Assembly: GCA_963726195.1 (NCBI GenBank)
Contig: CAVSBO010000013.1
Span: 1 to 64,000 of the forward strand
Length of the DNA: 64,000 nt
Direction: 5' to 3'
Source: Candidatus Thorarchaeota archaeon
Lineage (GTDB): Archaea; Asgardarchaeota; Thorarchaeia; Thorarchaeales; Thorarchaeaceae
This document shows, one piece after another, positions 17,839-28,655 of the stretch. The notes beneath the pieces were generated by a model. The model had not been told where the DNA came from. It made no database searches and saw only the letters and a list, made by a program, of their open reading frames with translations. A program made the translations under genes and the position numbers. The number at the start of each line of letters is the position of its first letter. Within the stretch, counting starts at the first letter, position 1.

Positions 17839-19848
17839 CTACGAGATCCCTCTCGCAGTCCTTGGCCTCTCCAGATAGTAAGCGAGGATGAGGAGTGTCA
17901 CAATAGCCGCCAGCACTCCTGCACCAAGCAATAGCTCAAAGGTAGAAGTGACCTCTATCTGGTTGGTACTGTAGTAGGCAACATAGGAGTTCGGAAGGAA
18001 AGCAATCACGTAGTCGCTGTAGTCAAGTTTTATCTCATGCGGATTACCCTGTGTCTGGATTGCCACTGTCGTGGAGCCATTCACCCACACCGTGCTTTGC
18101 CCAATGATGCTGTTGCCACTATCATACACTTTGACAGGAACCTGTTGGCAATAGTCATGCACATTCGATTGTCGGTTCGAATCAACTATCTTGAACGTTA
18201 GGGATGAGCTGCTTGTATCGTATATTGCATTTTGAATCGCATAGTTGGGGATAAACGGGTTGTCAAACCAAGGTCGGAAGAACCAGTCAAGGTCGCCCTT
18301 GAAGCTCGATTCAAATGCACTCTGAAGGTCGTTGAGAGTGGCAATCAGGAAGTATTCATCCCTAAAGAATAGACTAAGGCCAGAAAGAAAGACGCCGCCA
18401 CCGATCATCCGTCTAAGCTTCTCCAGCACCACTGGCATCTCAACATAATCCACATAGCTTGTTAGTGCAGGCCTGACAAGGTTTGATTGGTTCATCACGC
18501 ATCCTGATGCTACATGGAAAGTTCGGACTGTGTCCAGAAGACGGGGTACTTGGAAATACTCCCAATTGGAGTAGTAGTATTCGGCATAGTATGACTGTGA
18601 CCAAGAGGCCAGCCCTTCATCGAGGAATCCCCAGTCCACACAGTTATCGCCCATGAGCTGAGACCACCACTGATGTGCAACTTCGTGCGCTATCACCAGC
18701 TCAAGGTACCAAGGTGCCCGCTGGCCGCTCTGGATCCTCTCGGTTACTGCGCGAGTGATGTACACCTGGCATGGATACTCCATTCCGGCATAGGCCGCAT
18801 ACTGTTCTACGACATTCAATGTGAGGTAAGGATAGATTCCAAAGGTTGAATTGAACAGCTCCATCGCCTGAACGGAATACCGAAGAGAACTGTTCTCCCA
18901 AATCGATGCAGAGGCCGGAAGATAGAACGCACTGACATTCACTCCGTTGTGCAGAGTTGAGTCCACAAGATAGTATCGCGAGGCGGAGAATGTGACCTCT
19001 CTGACGGGAAGGCCAGCATTGTAGTGATATTGCATCCTTCCATCCTGACTGGATTTTCCTACCGGGTCTCCTGTCGCCGCGACCACCATGCCTTGTGGGA
19101 CATCAATCAATACATCGTAGAATGCCATATCGTAGTAGAAAGGATCACCAACATCGATGTAAGGGTCGGTGTTCCACCCCTCAAACTCATCATAGACACA
19201 TGGCACCGGGTAGCAGCTGGAAAACGTGAAGATTCGCGTTTGGTTACTGTCACTGCCGTGTTCCCCGGCCCGATCAATGCCGCCGTCGGGAAGCGTTGTT
19301 GTGAAGCTGATATTCAGGGACACATACTCGCCAGGTTGAACAGCTGAAAGAAGGTTCACCCACATCAGTTGTTGGCTTTCGGAGACGTCGAAAACAAGCG
19401 CTTCTGGAGGATCGCCAGTCGTCGTGACACTGTGTATATCTATCCTGCCGGGTCTGCTCACGAATGCCATACCAGATGGGTAGAGGTGAAATGGAATTCT
19501 ACTGAACGGCACAGAATCACCATCGTAGAAATCAATCAGGAGGGTTCCAAGTACTGACGATCCGGTCTCATTCAAGCTAAGTGAAAGATTCAGTTTCGAT
19601 AGGTGAACGCCGCTGAAGTTCCCTCTTGCGAACCGACTATAGTCATCTGCAGGGATACTGTTCAGGCTCTCTGTTTTGCCGATTGAACCAAGTTGTGTTT
19701 GCGTAGGTTTCGCGTCGTTCCATAATACAGCAGTACTCAACATGAGAATAATCAGCAGCATTGCTGCTGTCTGCCGCGGAATCCTATCTGCTTGCCTCAC
19801 TTCTGCTCGCATGAGCTCACCGCATGCAACAAATCGTGTTGGTAACAC
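17839..19848 (-). CDS. Membrane-anchored M1-family zinc aminopeptidase
   Basis: AGMEYP, HEVAH...E, signal peptide, C-terminal TM. Confidence 0.9.
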   Translation of the reverse strand: MLPTRFVACGELMRAEVRQADRIPRQTAAMLLIILMLSTAVLWNDAKPTQTQLGSIGKTESLNSIPADDYSRFARGNFSGVHLSKLNLSLSLNETGSSVLGTLLIDFYDGDSVPFSRIPFHLYPSGMAFVSRPGRIDIHSVTTTGDPPEALVFDVSESQQLMWVNLLSAVQPGEYVSLNISFTTTLPDGGIDRAGEHGSDSNQTRIFTFSSCYPVPCVYDEFEGWNTDPYIDVGDPFYYDMAFYDVLIDVPQGMVVAATGDPVGKSSQDGRMQYHYNAGLPVREVTFSASRYYLVDSTLHNGVNVSAFYLPASASIWENSSLRYSVQAMELFNSTFGIYPYLTLNVVEQYAAYAGMEYPCQVYITRAVTERIQSGQRAPWYLELVIAHEVAHQWWSQLMGDNCVDWGFLDEGLASWSQSYYAEYYYSNWEYFQVPRLLDTVRTFHVASGCVMNQSNLVRPALTSYVDYVEMPVVLEKLRRMIGGGVFLSGLSLFFRDEYFLIATLNDLQSAFESSFKGDLDWFFRPWFDNPFIPNYAIQNAIYDTSSSSLTFKIVDSNRQSNVHDYCQQVPVKVYDSGNSIIGQSTVWVNGSTTVAIQTQGNPHEIKLDYSDYVIAFLPNSYVAYYSTNQIEVTSTFELLLGAGVLAAIVTLLILAYYLERPRTARGIS

Positions 19849-19935
19849 GACATTAGTTACTATAACAATGCTTACCTCACCGCAATCGGCATGGTGACCC
19901 AGAGCTACTCATGAAAACATGGGCTGCCATGACAA

Positions 19936-20304
19936 TCATGTCACGGTGATATCGATTCTGCATTCATTATCGAGCCGGCCACGAAATAGCTTGCGAATGA
20001 GAATAGAGGTATTGCCTTTCTTGTCTGCTCTGAAGAACCACCGGCCTCTCTGACTGTCACCGCCTGTCCAGCCCGGTTTCATGTTTTCCGGGTGCAGGTA
20101 CTCCTTTTCGGTGTTGACATGCGAGACGATTCCGGTATCAGCGATTTCGAACTCTGCTTCTATGCCAACTGACTCATGTCTATGGAACTCGTAGAAGAAG
20201 GTCTCCCCTACCTTGAAGGAATAGGACGCGCCCTCTTCCGAACACATAATCTGCTTGACTTGCGGCGCTTTTTGTTTCATTCTGTCACCCTGATCTCTGT
20301 CCAC
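19936..20304 (-). CDS. Chagasin/I42 inhibitor-like Ig-fold protein
   Basis: KVGETF...PGWTGG...WFFRADKKGNTSI pattern. Confidence 0.5.
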   Translation of the reverse strand: MDRDQGDRMKQKAPQVKQIMCSEEGASYSFKVGETFFYEFHRHESVGIEAEFEIADTGIVSHVNTEKEYLHPENMKPGWTGGDSQRGRWFFRADKKGNTSILIRKLFRGRLDNECRIDITVT

Positions 20305-20431
20305 GGTCGGGCTAGAGGCTGTAATGAACTTTGGCTTGACCCGGCAAGTCTTACCTGCCTGTTCCTGCCCAAGCGGAAGAATCTAATACCAGAGGGACAT
20401 GGCCTCCCAATCAGAGGTGCAGTTAGTGCCT

Positions 20432-21514
20432 TCATTCAAGTGCAGAGACATAGGACTGAATTGTCCATTTGAGGCCAAGGGAAAGACCAACGAGGAACTG
20501 CTGAAGAAAGTCGCTGATCATGCAAAGACTGCTCACAACATGACAATCAATTCCCCCTGACACGATGGACAAGATAAAGAAAGCAATCAAGCCCAAGTAG
20601 AGGGTTTGGTGACGTAGACTGTTTGAGAACCAGGGCTGTCTTCCTGTCTCGTGCGAAAGATAGTCCCGGTCACTCATCTTCAATTTCGTCATTCGCCTAG
20701 ACTTCTGTGCAATCGATTTCCTTCGGTGCTGCATCCTGTAGACAAACACTGATGCAACTGACACCAGACCGACCGAGAGAAGGCCAGCCACGGCAGCCAC
20801 AATCGGCGTCGTTTGGAGTTCTGGCGCAAGGACAGTTGGCATACCTGCATGCCAATGGACGAACACTATATTCAACGCATAGTTCCCCCGAGAGCTGACT
20901 CTCAACTCTAGATAGTTGAGCGTTCCATTCTGCTTTTCATACCTTATTTCCTGGTAGTAATTGAAGGTCCCTTTACCCGAATAGCCCATGACATCGATGT
21001 TCTGGGAGGCGCCCCACTCGCTATCGGTATTGATTAGGGTCAAACTAGTGTTCTCAAAACCACTCATATGAGTGAGGAAGTTCCAGTCACCAATTAACAC
21101 CACAAAGAGAGTTGAGTTGGTCACGAGTTGCGCTGAGTCGTTCTGTCGAACTAACGTACAGAATGAGTTAGGCATCTCATCGGTCGTGTTGATTCTGCTC
21201 GGTATGGTCTGGAGACCTGTGACTGTCACAGTTGCCTGTTGTCCCTCATCCATGGAAGGAATGAACGAAAGTAACTCGTTGAACTGGTTAATCCAAGCAG
21301 GGAACTGGTTGAACCAAGTAGGGAACATGTTGATCCAACCAGGGTCACCTTGTTTCCTCTGCAAGTCGTAGGTGAATTGTTCGTTGGTTTGCACGCCCCA
21401 CTGGAGGGTGTTGTTTGGGGACGCATTTACAAACGAAACGGGTAGGCAGAGAAGCAATACAGTCACCGCGATGAACGCTCTTTGACGCATCATGATGACA
21501 CCCTGACCTTGCAT
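20432..21514 (-). CDS. Secreted membrane-anchored protein, tandem paralog A
   Basis: Signal peptide, NNTLQWGV, EIRYEKQNGTLNYL, C-terminal TM; reads into a duplicated downstream segment. Confidence 0.8.
   Translation of the reverse strand: MQGQGVIMMRQRAFIAVTVLLLCLPVSFVNASPNNTLQWGVQTNEQFTYDLQRKQGDPGWINMFPTWFNQFPAWINQFNELLSFIPSMDEGQQATVTVTGLQTIPSRINTTDEMPNSFCTLVRQNDSAQLVTNSTLFVVLIGDWNFLTHMSGFENTSLTLINTDSEWGASQNIDVMGYSGKGTFNYYQEIRYEKQNGTLNYLELRVSSRGNYALNIVFVHWHAGMPTVLAPELQTTPIVAAVAGLLSVGLVSVASVFVYRMQHRRKSIAQKSRRMTKLKMSDRDYLSHETGRQPWFSNSLRHQTLYLGLIAFFILSIVSGGIDCHVVSSLCMISDFLQQFLVGLSLGLKWTIQSYVSALE
21281..21343. repeat. 3 x 21-bp in-frame tandem repeat
   Basis: gaactggttaatccaagcagg / gaactggttgaaccaagtagg / gaacatgttgatccaaccagg. 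Confidence 0.85.
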
Positions 21515-21566
21515 CTAACAGGATGCATTCACACTTCACTTGCTACAAGAATCTGTCTATGCCTGC

Positions 21567-21680
21567 CATGATGTCATGGCGACGCCGGCGTCTCCGGCGA
21601 CAAGGCGTGTCTGTGTCTTCTCCACAGTAGGAATCCTGTTCCTACGCAAACAATGCCCACAATCACAGCAATCTCGTTAG
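21567..21680 (-). pseudogene. 3' remnant of paralog C
   Basis: EIAVIVGIVCVGTGFLLWRRHRHALSPETPASP* vs C-terminus of ORF 22703-23230. Confidence 0.8.
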
Positions 21681-21878
21681 CCAACGAGGAACTGTTGAAG
21701 AAGATAGCAGATTACGCAAAGACTGCTCACAACATGGCCTCAATTCCGCCTGACACGATGGACAAGATAAAGAAAGCAATCAAGCCCAAGTAGGGGGCTG
21801 AGTACGGATACGTTTGACGATACCGGGCTGTCTTCCTGTTTCAAGAAAGATAGTCCCGGCATATCCTCTCTTGTTTCA

Positions 21879-22622
21879 TCATTCACCTAGACGCCTTGCG
21901 ATTGACTTCCTTCCGGTGTACATCCTGTAGACAACTACAGAAGCGACTGACGCTACACCAACTCCGAGAAAGGCGATTAAGATTGCCGACACTTGGAGTT
22001 CTGATGCGAGGACTGTTGGCATACCTGCATGCCAATGGACAAACACTAAGTCCAACAGGTCGGTTCCGAGAGAGCTGATTCGGACTCTCAGATAGTTGAG
22101 CGTTCCGTTCTGCCTTTCATACCTTATTTCTTGGTAGTAAGTAACGGTCTGATTGTCCTGAATGTCGACACTCAGGGAGGCGCCCCACTCAGTGTCAGTA
22201 TTGATTGTTGTCCATCCACTGGCCCCAAAACCGCTCATTTGTGTCAGGAAGTTCCAATCGCCAATAGGCACTACGAAAAGCGTGAAGTTGGTCACGAGTT
22301 GTGCTGAATCGTTCTCTCGGACCAACGCACAGAATGAGTTTGGCATTTCATCAGTCGTGTTGATCGTGCTGGGTATAGTCTGGAGGCCTGTAACCGTCAC
22401 AATCGCCTTCTGCCCTTCATCCATGCCCATGATGAATGAAAGCGACTTGTTGAACTGGCTGATCAATAGAGGGTCACCCAGTTTCCTCTGCAATGCATAA
22501 GTGAATTGCTCGTTGATTTGCACCCCCCATTGTAGGGTGTTGTTTGGGGACGCATTTACAAACGAAACGGGCAGGCAGAGAAGCAATACAGTCAGCGCGA
22601 TGAACGCTCTTTGAGGTTTCAT
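21879..22622 (-). CDS. Secreted membrane-anchored protein, tandem paralog B
   Basis: Close collinear paralog of A. Confidence 0.85.
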   Translation of the reverse strand: MKPQRAFIALTVLLLCLPVSFVNASPNNTLQWGVQINEQFTYALQRKLGDPLLISQFNKSLSFIMGMDEGQKAIVTVTGLQTIPSTINTTDEMPNSFCALVRENDSAQLVTNFTLFVVPIGDWNFLTQMSGFGASGWTTINTDTEWGASLSVDIQDNQTVTYYQEIRYERQNGTLNYLRVRISSLGTDLLDLVFVHWHAGMPTVLASELQVSAILIAFLGVGVASVASVVVYRMYTGRKSIARRLGE

Positions 22623-22702
22623 TGTGACACCCTGACCTTGTTTCTGACAGGATGCGTTCAGACTTCGTTTGCTACAAGAATCTGTCTATACTCACAATCG
22701 AG

Positions 22703-23483
22703 TTATGGCGATGCTGGCGTCTCAGGCAACAAACCGTGTCTGTGTCTTCTCCACACTAGGTATGCTACTGCTGCGCAACCAATGCCCACGATTACGGCAA
22801 TCTCAATAATCAACGACTGGTTTTCAGGGGGTAGGATTGTAGTCATGCCGGGTTTCCACTTGGCGAGTATGATATCGATGATGTTGTTCCCGTTGAGGTC
22901 AACCTTTGCCCGCATCATATTCAGGGTGCCGTTTGCCTTTTCATAGCGCATCTCAATATGAAAGGTGAACGTGAGTACGAAGAGCATCGTGAAGGAGCCC
23001 TCCATGATTGTGCCCCATTCTTCGGTGGTGTTGATGACTGTTGTACCTTGGAATGCAGTGAAATTGCCCACGAGAGTCATGAAGTCATAGTCACCCGCTG
23101 GAACCACAACCATTGTGAAGTCCTTGGCAGATGACTGTTGAGTCGTTGTCTCGGATGAGAGTGCAGTTGGAGTGGGGGATTTGCTCCGAGGAGTTGATGT
23201 AGCTTGGAATTGGTGACAAGTATATGACATTCGCTGTCAATCGTTGCCCCTCAGAGATGTTCATGATGAACGGAGCGTATTGAACGAAGTACTGTTCGTA
23301 GGAAGGGTCTACGACTTTTCTCTGAAGCACCAGGGGAATCTCATCTCCTACATTGACTTCCCAGTGCAGGTTGTTGTTGGATTGCGCAGCAACTAGAGGA
23401 AACATTGGGCTGAAAGTCATAGCAATCAAAATCAAAGCAACGGAGAGAGTCTTCATCTTCGCGTCCCCTCTTGCGGACCGCAA
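22703..23483 (-). CDS. Secreted membrane-anchored protein, tandem paralog C (+1 frameshift ~23130)
   Basis: NNNLHWEV...; EMRYEKANGTLNM; two ORFs join at STVI|AKDF. Confidence 0.8.
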
Positions 23484-23486
23484 CCT

Positions 23487-24245
23487 CTAGCGCTCTCTAC
23501 GGTGTTTTTGTGCGCTTCTAGATTCGGCCAATTCTAATAAATCCGCGGCTCGCCTTATTATTATCGTTCCCGGCGGGGCTTTCTTTTCCTCGTCGACGGA
23601 GCCCCACGCTAGCAGTATAGGAATAGCGCCGGCCCTTTGAGCTGCTACCACATCGAACTCCACCTTGTTTCCAACATAGGCAATCTTGACCGGGTTGACC
23701 CGCAACTGACTGGCAACCTGCACCAACATGTATGGCGAAGGTTTCCTGTAGCCGGGCACGTTTGAAAACTCGATTGAATCGAACAGGTCTGCTATCCCAT
23801 CTCTCTCAAGGTAGGGCAACGGTGGTCCCCATCGATTCGATGCTACCCCGAGCCTGCACCCTCCAGAATGAAGTTCTTCAAGAACGACCTTGCAGCCTCC
23901 AATCAGCTGCTCGGGCAGTCCGGCATCTCTCACATGCCATTTTTCTTGGTATGCCGCCGCATAATAATCGAGGTTCTCGTCGACTCCAAGACCTGAGAGC
24001 ACTCTCCTGTCATATTCGAACCAATCTTCATGCGAAGGTTCCCAATGTGATTGGACATTCGCATCAAGCATTGTCTTGTCAAGCCAGGCATCTGCAAGCT
24101 GGGTGCTGCGTAGAATCAGGTCATCGGAGAACCCGTTCAATCCTAGCTCATGCAGGAAGCCTCTCGCCTCGGTAATCGGGTCCAAGGCACCGTATAGCGT
24201 GCCTCCTAGATCGAAAACGAAGGATTTGACGCTGAGTGACTTCAT
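23487..24245 (-). CDS. HAD-superfamily hydrolase
   Basis: FDLGGTL, ASN, KPSP, YVGNKVEFDV. Confidence 0.9.
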   Translation of the reverse strand: MKSLSVKSFVFDLGGTLYGALDPITEARGFLHELGLNGFSDDLILRSTQLADAWLDKTMLDANVQSHWEPSHEDWFEYDRRVLSGLGVDENLDYYAAAYQEKWHVRDAGLPEQLIGGCKVVLEELHSGGCRLGVASNRWGPPLPYLERDGIADLFDSIEFSNVPGYRKPSPYMLVQVASQLRVNPVKIAYVGNKVEFDVVAAQRAGAIPILLAWGSVDEEKKAPPGTIIIRRAADLLELAESRSAQKHRRER

Positions 24246-24361
24246 GTCCGGACGAGGAGCCCACCGCTGAGCCCCTTATATTTCTGAGGCACTGGATGTC
24301 AGACATCTTTGTGACCAACTCAATTCTTTTGTACTGCGAGGTCACAATTCTGTCGGTCCAG

Positions 24362-25511
24362 ATGGCATCCATTGACGATACACTGAGAGAATTGGAGGAG
24401 CATTTGAAGGCTAATCCCAATGATGCGTCAGCTTGGAATGCCAAAGGGGTCCTGTTGGCGCGAAAGGAGCAATTCGGGGAAGCCTTGAGATGTCTCGACC
24501 AAGCAACCCGTCTTGACCCGAGCCATGCAGAGGCATTTGTGAACCGCGGCCGTGTGCTTCTCGCTCTCGGACCCAGCAAAGCAGGAGATGCTTTGAGATC
24601 TTTTGACAAAGCCTTGGAGCTTACCCCCCAATCGCCAACAACTCTGTGGGATAAGGCATTGGCCCTCAGGGTTCTTGGTCGTGCCAAGGACGAGATGACC
24701 TGCCTGCAGACCATCATTCAGCCTCGCTTCTGCAGATGCAATGATTTGGTGTCGGACTGGAGACATTCAGCTGGAGCTCGGGCAGGCTGAACAGGCGATT
24801 GAAAGATACGACCAAGCTCTTTCGCTGGACGCCAAGTTCGTGCCTGCACTTGTCGGCCGCGCGCTTGCCTTATCACGGTTGGAGAACTGGGATGATGCAT
24901 TGGAGTCTGCCGAGTCTGCCGCCAAGCTGGCTCCACAGGATATCGGAGCGTGGCGAGTCCTTGCGGATGTAAACATGAGAGCGGAGAGGTACAGGTCTGC
25001 CACGAAGGCCCTGAAGAAGGCTTTTGAGATTGACCCAAGCGATCCTTTCGTGGAAAATGCAATGGGCATGGTCGCATACAAGGAGGGTCGTCTTCACGAT
25101 GCGGTGAAGCACTTTAGAGGAGCAATCGTGAGAAAAAGAGACAATGTGTCCGCTCTCCGAAACCTTGGGTTCGTCTACATGGAATTGGAAGAATGGGAAG
25201 AGGCCAGCAGAACATGGTCGACTCTGACGGCGCTGGTCAAGGACGATCCGAACGTGTACGACGCTCAGGCGGTAGCCCACGCGAGACTGGACGATTTCTG
25301 TTCTGCCGCAGACGCTTGGGAGGAAGCACGGAGACTGTACAAGAAAGTAGGCAATGAGAAAGAAGCGGAACGGGTTCATGAGCTCGGCCGTGTTGCCAAA
25401 ATCAACTGTGGAAGACAGAAGGACGCGCTCAGAGCGCAGAAGGAGCGCGAGAAGGCACAACGCGAGTTCAGCCATCGGTTTGATATGCGTCGAAGGAAGC
25501 AACAGGGATGA
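24362..25511 (+). CDS. TPR-repeat protein (+1 frameshift ~24722)
   Basis: Repeated AWxxKG/EALxxFDxAL units across two ORFs. Confidence 0.9.
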
Positions 25512-25674
25512 TTCTAGGAAGAATGAGAGATTACGCCCGTTTCTGCAGAGAATTCCGCCGTCTCCCATTTTGACCCGACCAGACCACACAGAGCTCTTTC
25601 TGACGAATTTCCACTAGTTTATCAGACATCGTTACAATAGGCGTCTGAAACACGCAGATGTGTTTCGTTAGTAG

Positions 25675-25935
25675 GTGAAGACAATGGACGTCAAGAAGAA
25701 GACTGGAAAGTCTGAACCATTCATGCCCGAGAAGATTGTCGTCAGCATAGTCAAGGCTGGCGCTCCTTATGACGTTGCCAAGCAGATTGCCCAATCGCTC
25801 TCCGCTAAGCAGGCCAGTTCAATGAAGAGCTCTGAAATTCGCGACTATGTGCTTAAGGAGCTCAAGGCGAAAGGCCTCACTTCAGTAGTGGCTCACTGGG
25901 AGTCCTACGACAAGAAGAAACCAGCAAAGAAGTAA
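25675..25935 (+). CDS. Stand-alone ATP-cone domain protein
   Basis: VKKKTGKSEPFMPEKI...SSEIRDYVLKEL. Confidence 0.85.
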   Translation: MKTMDVKKKTGKSEPFMPEKIVVSIVKAGAPYDVAKQIAQSLSAKQASSMKSSEIRDYVLKELKAKGLTSVVAHWESYDKKKPAKK

Positions 25936-26087
25936 AGAGTTTTGTGCGCTCGGGAGCAAGCTTTGCGGCAATGCAGGCTTGCTCTCCGCTGTGCTCGGTC
26001 TGTTAGGTGGCCTAGCTTCGGGCCATTTTTCCCATTTGCTGAAAGTTTGTCAAGAAGCGACTGGCATAGCCGCGCGCGCGTCTTCGG

Positions 26088-26465
26088 TCATGCTTCCATA
26101 CCAGAGTCTCCAAGATCGACATGTCTGTATGCTTCCGCTGCGTCATCAGGTTTTCCCATGGTGATCAAGACATCCCCCAGTCTGCGCCACGCTTCAACGT
26201 AATCCGGCTTCAATGTCACAGCCTTTTCCAGTGCCTCAACTGATTCCAAGAGTCTGCCGCGACCTGCAAGCAGCCGCCCATAATAGCACCAGCCCTCAGC
26301 GTCATCTGGTCTTGATCTAAGCAAGAACCCAACGTAGTTCAAAATAAAAGAGGGCACTTCAAGGGCAACGATGATAACTGCCACGATAATTACGACCAGA
26401 ATGACGGTGAAGGTAGGGGGCGCCAATGAGTTCGTGCTCCTTGGGTCTATTTCGTTGGATATCAT
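26088..26465 (-). CDS. Membrane-anchored TPR protein
   Basis: N-terminal TM plus two TPRs. Confidence 0.75.
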   Translation of the reverse strand: MISNEIDPRSTNSLAPPTFTVILVVIIVAVIIVALEVPSFILNYVGFLLRSRPDDAEGWCYYGRLLAGRGRLLESVEALEKAVTLKPDYVEAWRRLGDVLITMGKPDDAAEAYRHVDLGDSGMEA

Positions 26466-26535
26466 AAATGGAGTAAGGGACTGAGAACCCGCTGTGTCGG
26501 GTATGACCAGCTATGACTTAAGCTCTATCTTGTGC

Positions 26536-27381
26536 TCAAGCTTCCTTGTCAAATAGCAGCGACTTCACGAACAGGTCAATCCCAAATCGTCCTCGGGTAT
26601 ACTCAAGATACCATGGTCCCTCTAGCTCCAGTATCTTCTCGATTTCGGATTCCGACTTGCCTTCGTCGTGAAGCGCCTTCGCTTTGGACCGCATGTCCTT
26701 CAGAAAATCGATTCTTGTCTTGATGTGTTCGGCAGGCGAGGCTATTGGTCCTCGGTGAGAATCAAAAAGCACCTTGATGTCCATCTTCAGAAGCTTCTCC
26801 ATCGTGGATATCATCTGGGGAACATTCTCGTCATTCATGGCTATCTTCTTCTTGGATGGAAGTGGTACGGCATCGGCAGAGAAGAGCCAGCCATCCTTCT
26901 CCTCGTAGAACCCAACCATTTCCTTGCCGTGACCGGGTAGTGGAATTACTTTGAATTCATGTTCCCCAATTGTGAACTTCGATGGCATTGACTTTATCTC
27001 AGCGACCGGGTCGGGCTGTCCCCATACGAAACGGAAGAACTCTCCGTAGTCCGGCGGATTCTTCATGTATTCGATCGTGGCCTTGGGGCCATAAACCGAA
27101 GCCTCCTTTGCAAAGTACGAACACCCACCAACATGGTCCTCATGCTCATGAGTGAGATAGACTCTGTCCACTTGACTTCCGATTCCCCGGGCTCTAAGGT
27201 CACTCAGGGCATTCGCGCACCCCGCATCAAAAAGAACATTGCCGACCTTGTAAGCATAGACCCACATTATTGGATTTCCATCTTGGCCAGTAGCGGTCTT
27301 TATGCTCGTGATTGTCTCATCGAAGGTGGCTATCTCAATCATTCTCTCGGATCCTTCGCAAGAACTCAAGTTCGACAGCAC
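26536..27381 (-). CDS. MBL-fold metallohydrolase
   Basis: THEHEDHVGG, PGH, SAD, SH. Confidence 0.9.
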   Translation of the reverse strand: MLSNLSSCEGSERMIEIATFDETITSIKTATGQDGNPIMWVYAYKVGNVLFDAGCANALSDLRARGIGSQVDRVYLTHEHEDHVGGCSYFAKEASVYGPKATIEYMKNPPDYGEFFRFVWGQPDPVAEIKSMPSKFTIGEHEFKVIPLPGHGKEMVGFYEEKDGWLFSADAVPLPSKKKIAMNDENVPQMISTMEKLLKMDIKVLFDSHRGPIASPAEHIKTRIDFLKDMRSKAKALHDEGKSESEIEKILELEGPWYLEYTRGRFGIDLFVKSLLFDKEA

Positions 27382-27411
27382 ACTGCGAAGAGACAGGGAT
27401 ACATGAAGGTT

Positions 27412-28536
27412 TCAGTTGGTTGCAGACCTGAGTATTGGGGGCGCAAACCTGCTCAAACGTCTCAGTGCTACCACTCTTTCCCTGTTTCCCATCTTGGCTT
27501 CATTGAGTGTCTGTTCCATGAAGAGAATAGCTTCATCATACTCCTTTCTCTGAACGGGAAACGGCACTCCATCTTTGCCACCAAACGCGAACGTCATCCG
27601 CACTGGGTCGGACCACGATGGGGCGGACCCGAAGATTATCTCTGCAATCAGGGCCAGTCCGCGCACAGCGGCAGGTCCTATCCCTTCAATCATCAAGAGC
27701 TCTTGGAAATTGGACGGCTGCATCTCGTAGGCTTTTCGAACAGCGTCCCAATCCATTCTTCTAGGAATGACCTTGTAGGAAGGAATCTCTATCAGAGGCT
27801 CAACGCCGTCAAGCCACGGGACAAGTGTCGACTCGCCATGAGGCTGAATATTCTCGAAGAGCCTTCGGACGCGCTGTGGTCCCTCGTTGGCAATACCTAC
27901 GCTTGTAGATCGGCAGTCATCCGATTTCTTGGAGGTCATGTCAAGCACCACGCTCTTCGTTTGGCCTGATATCATTCCTGCGTGCGGCTCCTCAACGTAG
28001 CTGCGCAAGTGCTCAGAAACCCAGTGATACCTGCGAGCATCGCCAGTCTTCGAATCCATTCCTTGTTGTACTACAGCCCAGTTCTCGTCTTGGTCTACAA
28101 AGAAAACATGGTGATAGAGCTGGTATCCTGCTTGTATTGCTGCATTGTCGACCTTAGCGACCGCTCTGCTGGTCCAAGCAAGCTTCTTCCCGTCCAACCC
28201 CCGGTCTTCGAGCGCTCTCAGTTGCTCAGGTGTCTTTAGAGAAGCAAGACCCTTGCCGCCGACCCCTACGAGACCGTGTTTCTCGAAACTCAGTACTGAC
28301 TTCAACACACCGCATGTGACCGTTGTTGAACCAGAGCTATCCCAGTCGTAGCCAAGCACGTTGGAAAGGGCTTGAAAGTAGACGGGATCTGAGAGTCTCC
28401 GTAGCAATTCCACTGTGCCATACTCATCGACAATGAATTCACATATCGCACTGGCCATCGGCATCATTCTCTGAACCAGCCAGTGCGGCGCCTTCCCTGG
28501 GTGGAGCCTAAGATCTGCGACACCTGCTCGCATCAT
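27412..28536 (-). CDS. DUF763 family protein
   Basis: LHPGKAPHWL, DWDSSGSTT, AKVDNAAIQ, FAFGGKDGVPFPV. Confidence 0.9.
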   Translation of the reverse strand: MMRAGVADLRLHPGKAPHWLVQRMMPMASAICEFIVDEYGTVELLRRLSDPVYFQALSNVLGYDWDSSGSTTVTCGVLKSVLSFEKHGLVGVGGKGLASLKTPEQLRALEDRGLDGKKLAWTSRAVAKVDNAAIQAGYQLYHHVFFVDQDENWAVVQQGMDSKTGDARRYHWVSEHLRSYVEEPHAGMISGQTKSVVLDMTSKKSDDCRSTSVGIANEGPQRVRRLFENIQPHGESTLVPWLDGVEPLIEIPSYKVIPRRMDWDAVRKAYEMQPSNFQELLMIEGIGPAAVRGLALIAEIIFGSAPSWSDPVRMTFAFGGKDGVPFPVQRKEYDEAILFMEQTLNEAKMGNRERVVALRRLSRFAPPILRSATN

Positions 28537-28655
28537 ATGGAATAGCTCGTCTCTACCTAACGCTGTACTTAGATAAGTTCGACAGGTGAACGAAAGTACT
28601 CTGACCTCAGGATATGCGGGCCGGATACGCTTCGGCTTGCTCTTTCTTTGGGCGG

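Larger units (their letters stand above)
20487..22810. repeat. Tandem duplication of a ~1.15-kb unit (20487-21680 / 21681-22810)
   Basis: Both units contain the ccaacgaggaactg... segment, a paralog gene, the spacer ttgctacaagaatctgtctat and the 3' end of paralog C. Confidence 0.85.

Noticed and set aside
20432-22810. Diversity-generating retroelement TR/VR pair
   Set aside because: No reverse transcriptase in the window, and differences between the copies are not visibly adenine-restricted.
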